Below, one piece after another: positions 35,973 through 43,007 of a stretch of 43,007 bases of DNA. The translations under genes were made by a program, and so were the position numbers. The stretch is from Nemertoderma westbladi. Taxonomy: Eukaryota; Animalia; Xenacoelomorpha. The stretch covers positions 1 through 43,007 of the forward strand of contig JAUCBJ010004978.1 of NCBI GenBank assembly GCA_032718475.1, in the 5' to 3' direction. Every line of letters begins with the position of its first letter. Position 1 is the stretch's first letter. The notes beneath the pieces were generated by a model. It saw only the letters and a list, made by a program, of their open reading frames with translations, was not told the origin of the DNA and searched no databases.

Positions 35973-37001
35973 GTCCGGTTCCGCGATCTGGTTTACGGGA
36001 TGGTAAGGAATTCTTCAGTTCTACCATCACCACGCGCTACGGCTTCCGGTATTTCCGTTCGCAGTATCGGCAACGCATGTGGTGTGACATTGGTACAATC
36101 GAGAGTCCTCCTTCTTGGGTCGTCTATTGTCAATCTGTCTGCGTCATACAAGTCATAGTCGGTAGGTGGGTATCTAGTTGAGTGTGGTGTATCACTCATG
36201 TCTGTAATATATACGTCGAATACGGGTAATAAATGTCAAAATGTCAAAACTTACCTCGGTATATATATATACTATATATACCCTAACTGGTACAAATAAA
36301 ATCAAAAGGTATATAATAAAATAATAATAATTCAGCCTACCGACTAAATCTGTACAAATAAGTGAGATAGCGGTATACGCTACCAAAATGTAGATCAACA
36401 AGTACATACAACAGGAAAAACAGCAACGTCTAGGGGAAAATAAGTATCAACAAACACATAAATTAGACAGTGGAACCCATAAATTTTGAGTACTACTGTG
36501 CTCTAAGTTTAAATGACACGAGTCGTAAAACTTATGTTCCTTTGATCTTCCAGTCATACAGATCCCCAGATACAAACCAGATGAGAACTGTTCCGTTTCC
36601 AGCGTCGCGGACGAATCGTGTACCTCCCAAACTTGCTAAAAAATGGCCTAATCTTTCAAGGCGGTCCAGAAATGAGTCCTTGAGTCCTGTAAATTTGAAG
36701 GAGAGAGTTTTACGGAATACTCTACAAAAAAATTTTCCTAGGTACCGATACAAATTGGTCTTTAAACCTTGCGTACCTTCTCAAGTAATGAAAAAAGTAA
36801 CACCACACACACGGCCTAAGACAAAAATAATTACAAACTAACTAGCTATCTACAGCTAGCCAAATACAAAACTACTAGCTAAATTTACAAAATAAGAACT
36901 ATTCTACAATTTACTAATTCTGCTAATGTTAAATTATAAAATAACTCCTACTATACTACAATAGCGAATTTTATATATATTAATATATATATAAATCCTA
37001 C

Positions 37002-38200
37002 TGTAAAGTCCAGTAGTATACCACCTACCGGATCCTAGTAACGAAGTACCTTACTGTAGAATTCAGCAGTGTTAACGGGCTCGTACAGTATCTGACAAGA
37101 AATCCCAGTCCAGGGTGTCTAAATAAACAGATACTAAGTACACAAACTACTACTGGCGAGGAACGAAGCCTGGTGTCTATTCTAATACTTGGGCGAATCA
37201 AATGCCCGGGCTAACTAGACAAACAGGATGCCCGGCCTCTAACCAGTGAGGCAGATGTACAGTCTACAGATACAGACCAAACTCACAGGAAAACAATCCC
37301 CGCGTAGCAAATCCTAACTATCGCTAATGGACCTAATATACTGTAAACTTGCCGCGGTGTGATTTATATGGGTATAATACGAGCTAGTGGGTCAACAAAA
37401 CTAGCAGTTAAAATAGCAGTCAAAAGGGGTGCCTCTATGCCTGAGTAAAACAAATACCAAATATCTCCTCAAATAATAGAATATTCTTACTGTAAGTCAG
37501 TAGCTTAGATCTCAAGATGCGTGTGTGTGTGTGTTACTATAAAACAATTTTGGTGTATCCCCGTTATACTAGGTTTTGGTGATTTTATCAAAATAACAAT
37601 ACTACGTAGTACAATATAGTAGCTAGATACTCGAATAAGGTAGTCGCACCCTGTAGGCGCAATACTTACAAACTGACGTCAAAAGGGTTCTCTCCTCCTT
37701 CATTCACAACTCAACCAGGCAATTACGTTGTTAGTGACTAGACCCATGATCAGCACTAATACCAGATTCTGATTGTGGGATAAGGAAATAGGTGTTAATT
37801 TACTACCGTACATGTAGCTGATCTGGTATATAATTTGATTCTAGAATTTTGTTACTGCGGTGGGCTGCAGTAAATACCTATCAGTACGTGGCAAGGGTGC
37901 GGTAGGATGTTAGTAACCTCCCTTAGCCAAACGTGTGCTGGTAGCAGAAAGCTGCCTCTTGCCTGATCAAATAATTTGGAATCAGACAGGTCAGCCAAAC
38001 TATAAGGCCTACAGAGCTAACCGGTACTGTACTGCTAGTATGGCAAATCACCAAATTATAGAGCATGCTATTTGCACCTAGTACTTGCGCATACTGACAT
38101 ACAGCAACAGCTCGCACCTGTAGAAGATACAGGTCGACCCGGTTTTTTCCTGTCTGAATCTGAGGTATTTGGTACTAAATTTTACGGCGTCCCAGGACGG
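37002..38200 (-). repeat. LTR-like direct repeat of element B (5' LTR)
   Basis: Colinear with 26654-27900. Confidence 0.85.
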
Positions 38201-38819
38201 TGTCACGCTTCACCCTGATCTAAGGAACTTACGGCGGGCAAAGGCATCAAACAAACAAAGTCTTACCTTCCTCTAATGTGGGCATGTTCTCAGGCAATGG
38301 GGCATGCTTCCAAATGGGCGTGGGCGAAGATAATGTGGGCCCTTTCATGCGTTGTGGACATCCCTCCTCCTTGCGTTGCTGTGGTCTAACGGTTTAGGCA
38401 GCCATTCCCCGAAGCATTTGGCTGTCTCAAGATAGATACCTCAAAACTATATGTTCTAAGTTTGCAGTATATTCTTAACGTAAATAATAAAGACTTATCG
38501 AAATTAAACTAAACTTTACAAAATAACAAGAAGTGACAAAGCGAATTAAACTAAAGGAAAGTGAACGAGTGATAACTATTAGTTTAGGATAAGGAGTTAC
38601 AAGTAGTGATAACTGAAGGGCGAACGGCCCCTTATATAGCACATCCTAAGCATGGAATTCATTAGAACATTCTACTACATTCTACGAGCGCACATTGGAT
38701 CAATAAATTATCAAGTGCCCTATGATTGGCCCAACTCATCTTTCCACGTGTTGTAAGCACCCCATTGGCTTATCTAACTTAATGAAACTGAAATAAAATA
38801 GCGCAAAAATACAAATTTA

Positions 38820-38890
38820 CCGACCCAGATTCGAACCCCTGACCTACTTGGAATGTAACCTGCGCATTAACCTACTTGACCACTGCGCCA
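38820..38890 (-). other. tRNA-derived sequence (SINE head or pseudo-tRNA)
   Basis: A-box-like TGGTCAAGTAGG and B-box GGTTCGAATC at tRNA-like spacing; poor acceptor stem. Confidence 0.45.
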
Positions 38891-39919
38891 ATAAAAAATC
38901 AAGCCAAATTATAACTAATGTAGGTGATGTGCAAATTACAACAAACTACAAATCAAGGCAAATACGTCGGAATTTTGAAAGTTTTTACGTAGTACTAATT
39001 GAGATATCTTACTTAACAGTGAAATAATCCCACAACCCAGTCTGAGACACTGAAACGGTAATGGCGCTAGTGTGTGTACCTTCCATGGAAGGCCGCTTTA
39101 CTGAATCACTTTTATTCCCTCTTCCCACAATTATATTGGTGTTCTTGATGTTTCACTCAGTCTAAAACGGTAATTGATCATCTATTATATTTCACTAATA
39201 TACAGTACCGGGAGGGTGTGGCGGCACAATACAATAAGTAAATGTCTGACTAATTATCTATGTAAGGGCTCAAGTCTGGCGATTGTGTTTCCCTTTAGGG
39301 TAAACGTATTGCAACTATTATGTATCTGTTTATATTATTAACGCTATGGTATTCAATTTATGACAACTCTCAATCATGGTGTTATTAATATTAAGAACTT
39401 CACTTGCATTACAGGTCTGAAATATCGCCATAGATTAATTATTTACTGAGTTTGAGGCACGACAACACACATAAATCTGACACAATTGTCCAGGTAACCA
39501 TAATGCTTAGCTATAGAGACCTACCTGGGTTTGGTGTCTAGAAAATATCTTTGATCTCGGGGTATCAGTGATATTATATTAAACCAGTAACAGAAGAAAA
39601 TAAATTGAATTTACCGGTACGATATCAAATATTATAACAAATAATTATAACCAAATTTATAATTTATTTGTAGACAGAATAATATCAGAAAACAGAATTA
39701 AATAATCACCAGTCAATTAAAGTTGACCGGGGTTTTTACCCTTTACGTGGATAAATATTTGCAGTAGCGCCACCTATACATCACAAATAAGGCATTCAAG
39801 CTAAGCTGATTATGTATATAACGACACGAGATGGCGTCAATGTCACAATAAATGGTTTTGAGTTATTAAGAAATATAGAAGATTATGACGCAATTACCTT
39901 ATCAAGAAAAAGGGAACCT

Positions 39920-40400
39920 TAAACTTAAATTGAGCAAAATAAGTTAGCTAAAATCGCAAATAACACATTTGCATTAACAGAAGGCATTCGGTAGTTTATT
40001 CCATAAACGTGTTCCTGATTATGAGAAAGCATGTGACGCTGATACCGTTCGTTTTTGAGGGATTTGCTTGTGGTAAGTTTTGTTACGCAGCAGGCGGTGA
40101 GAGGGCACGTCGAATGCGATCAGATCGCGCTGATAGATAGGTGCTGAGTGGTGTCGAATGTTGTGCATTTGTGTTGGTGGGTCCGCTTGGTAGTCGGCAG
40201 CCAGTTTATTTCCACAAAGTGAGCAGCGATGATGTGGGTCCTAGAGTCGAGACTCAGACAGAATCTGATGCATTTCCGATGGAATGCATCGACTCGGTGG
40301 CGCAGGTGGCTCGCAGTGCTCGGGTACCACCAGGGAGCGGCAAAGGCAATGAGTGGCTGAATTAAGGAGTTGCATAGCAACCGACATAAAGGTCTCTCGA
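39920..40400 (-). mobile_element. 5'-truncated CR1/L2-like LINE remnant (post-RT region)
   Basis: LCNSLIQPLIAFAAPWWYP...HRKCIRFCL...INWLP; downstream FSHNQEHVYGINY-like degenerate terminal coding sequence. Confidence 0.7.
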
Positions 40401-40673
40401 GGACTTGCGAGTTTCGGTGGAGGAGTTTCAGGCATGCATTGCCTAGTCTTGCCTAGCCTTGCCTAGCCTTGCTAGTCAATTTCAATTTATTTATTTCTCT
40501 TCCGTCTATATATATATGATTGCACTCATAGTAATTAAAAGTAGAATATTGAATATATATTTACATACTTTTAGAACTTTAGAGCACAATAATAATTATA
40601 AGGGCGTTATGTACACTACTGGGGGGGAGCAGTAGCAGTGCTAGTAGAGCTCCCTCCATATGTAAGAGTTGAC

Positions 40674-40744
40674 GGGGGGGGGGGGGGGGTGAGGGGGGGG
40701 GGGGGTGGGGGGGGTGGGGGGGGGGGTGGGGGGCTGTGGGGGGT
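40674..40744 (+). repeat. Poly-G / G-quadruplex-prone tract
   Basis: About 70 nt of G runs. Confidence 0.8.
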
Positions 40745-40899
40745 GGATATGGATCGAGAAGTTATCGGTTGTATCCATTACAAATTTTTATTGTGTATTT
40801 TCGATTTTGCTGTTGGTAAATATCCCTGCCGGAAAATGTCCTGGTTTGTCCGAATCCTAAACTGCCGTATCCATCTGCATAATATAATAATCAATTAAT

Positions 40900-43007
40900 T
40901 AATAATTAATAATTAACTTTATTTATTGTAATATAGTGTGTTTATTGAGTATAATTTATTAATCAAATTTCTCTAGGTATTTTTTAAGATAAGGCCTGAA
41001 GGAATATTATTTTAATTCATATGAAAACGAGTTTTTTGATTTAGCATTTTTTATATCGCTAGGGAGGGCATTTCCATATTCTAGGGCCAGTGAATTTTAA
41101 GGATTTCTGGGTGAGGTGTAGTCTTACACGTGGAACGAAAAAGTTTTGTGCAGAATTGATCTGTGTTATATCTGTGGATGGAACTAGTTTGTTCAAATAC
41201 AAAATGCTTTGTAATGCTTTAGTTTTTTTCATTTTTTTAATATCATACATATTTAGCCAAGCTTCAAGTCTTTTTCGAGAGGGAAAATATTTAGGTTTTT
41301 ATAAATTGGGTTAGCATGAGCTTGATAATGGCTGAAAGTTATTGCTCGAACAATTTTATTAACTTTTATTTTCAATTTATCAGTATTTGTTTTGTGTGCG
41401 TTGCCCCAGAGTAGTATTCCGTATAGGATATGTGGATGAACTAGTGCGAAGTAGAGGGTTCTTAACCCTATTAAACCCGGGGGGGAGGAGGTCAATATGA
41501 CCCCCCCCCCCGTGGTTTTTTTATTATAATTCTGAAAAAACGCAGTTGGAAATCTGAAATTTTATGACTTTTCCTAAAAATCTATTGTCTTCTTAGTAGT
41601 GAAAGCCGTTTTCAAAAATATTGGGTAGTTTTCGAGTTATAGCACCATTTTTAACCCTACTTTTGGCACTATTTTCGAGACGTTTTTTGAAAATTACATT
41701 TCATTAAATATTAATTGTAATATCTCTATTTTTGAATTACACCGGTTTTTTGGTGTTAGCAATTCGATGGAATTCATATAAATTGATTTAGAAATTTCAA
41801 ACTTGTTTTTTCAGCGGCTGCCAAATTTTGGTGCCAGCACCAAATTTTGAAATATGTCAATTTTGTAAATTGATTGTTTGAAACTTCTTTTTTACGCAAT
41901 TGGGGTTTTTTGGGGTTCTGGTTTCGAAGAAATATATACGAGTTGCACCAAGCGTATCAAACTTGTATTTTTCAGTGCTGTGTGCAAATTTTGGTGCTAG
42001 CACGAAATTTTGAAAATACATTCAAAAGATAAAATTGCTTGTGACAATTTATTTCTTGCATTTTAGAGGTTTATGGCTGTTCTGAATTCAATGGAATATA
42101 TAATTATCGAACTAGACATATCAAACTTGTATTTTTCGGAAGTGGGTGCAAAATGTGTTGCTAGCACCAAATTTTGAAAACCATCAAATATATCAATTGA
42201 TTGTGTCATCTTGTTTCTTGCGTTATACGGGTTTGTTAGGGTTCTGAATTCAATGGAATCAGTACAAATTTCATAATAAGAGTTTTCAAACTTGTATTTT
42301 TCGCCGGTGGGTGAAAATTGTTGTGCAAGCACCAAATTTTGGAAAATGAGTAAATTGATCAGTAGATAGTATCATCTTGTTTCTTGCGTTATACGGGTTT
42401 ATGAGGATCTTGAATCCGATGGAATCAATAAAAACAGCACTGGACATCGCAAACTTGTACTTTTTGGTGATGGGTAAAATTTGCCAATTTACGCCGAAAA
42501 ATACAAGTAGCAATGATCTGGCATATTTGAAATGTATTCCATTAGAATCAGCGCCCTAGAAATCCTGAAAATGTGAATCTATAGCTTCGTATAAGTGAGT
42601 TAAAAATTTTGTGTTCTAACTGAAAGTGCTGGTTACTTGTGTTTTTCATTTTTTTCCTACGCATAAGGACTAAACAGCCATTAATGGTAATCATAATAAT
42701 TTTGGTGCTGCAATATTACCGCCCCAGTACATTTTTTCGAAAATTTTTTTTTTCGGTCGGATTCAGACTAGTGATACCTACGTACAAACAAAAAATCAGA
42801 CGTTTTCGTTAATATTTGTAGATTTTAGAGGGAGGGGTCAACATGACCCCCCCCACCCCCCCCCCCCCCCCCCCCGGTATTTGTACAGCATTTTATAGCC
42901 CGGTACTAATAGGGTTAAAATGAGCAGAGGTAGAATGTATCTTAATTAATTTTAAAAAATTCCAGTAAGTTTCGAGATTTTTGAGTGTATGTAATTACAA
43001 TGTGTTT
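40900..43007 (-). mobile_element. CR1/L2-like LINE 3' remnant interrupted by a piggyBac-type MITE
   Basis: LRTLYFALVHPHILYGILLWG...NKIVRAI...SLKFTGPRIW; homology continues at 42919-43007 (HSKISKLTGIF) beyond the insertion. Confidence 0.8.
41466..42914. mobile_element. Non-autonomous piggyBac-type element with internal repeats of about 120-170 bp
   Basis: TTAA|CCCTATTA...TAATAGGG|TTAA; subterminal ggtcaaYatgacccc palindromes at both ends; repeated caaacttgtatttt...gcaccaaattttg blocks. Confidence 0.88.

Larger units (their letters stand above)
26654..38200 (-). mobile_element. Decayed BEL/Pao LTR retrotransposon (element B); integrase and parts of gag and RT missing
   Basis: Diverged direct repeats of about 1.2 kb flank minus-strand gag, knuckle, protease and RT/RNase H fragments; no TSD found and the right boundary is uncertain. 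Confidence 0.85.

Noticed and set aside
38201-39050. Solo LTR starting TGTCAC with a TATA-like motif
   Set aside because: No matching TSD or clear inverted end found; may be another repeat truncating B's LTR, but unsupported.
40638-40898. Gly-rich ORF
   Set aside because: Arises from a poly-G tract.

Overview
AT-rich, intron-containing animal-like DNA (probably invertebrate; species cannot be determined) that is mostly nested transposable elements. The main element is a young, nearly intact 14.3-kb BEL/Pao LTR retrotransposon (A, 5191-19493, +) with 1581-bp LTRs about 99% identical and one gag-pol frame containing a single TAG. Element A has three unusual parts. (i) A large non-env 3' ORF with a DnaQ/WRN-like 3'-5' exonuclease-like domain, a Cys/His cluster and a basic tail. 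(ii) An LTR array of covarying RNA hairpins: six k-turn/UUCG units and three loop-E/GNRA units. (iii) Copies of the GNRA hairpin inside gag, pol and the extra ORF, plus a further covarying triplicated hairpin after pol. A second, decayed BEL/Pao element (B, about 26654-38200, -) has a different extra 3' ORF and its own dispersed 20-nt hairpin. Together these suggest, by inference only, accessory-protein plus RNA-element systems in BEL/Pao elements. Element A sits in one arm of a Tc1/mariner-type MITE. That MITE also holds an IS3EU-like foldback and a histone-type 3' stem-loop, and it splits an exon of a stop-containing synaptotagmin-like gene (-). hAT and piggyBac MITEs, CR1/L2-like LINE remnants and tandem repeats fill the rest. 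All calls are by eye; no database searches or folding programs were run.
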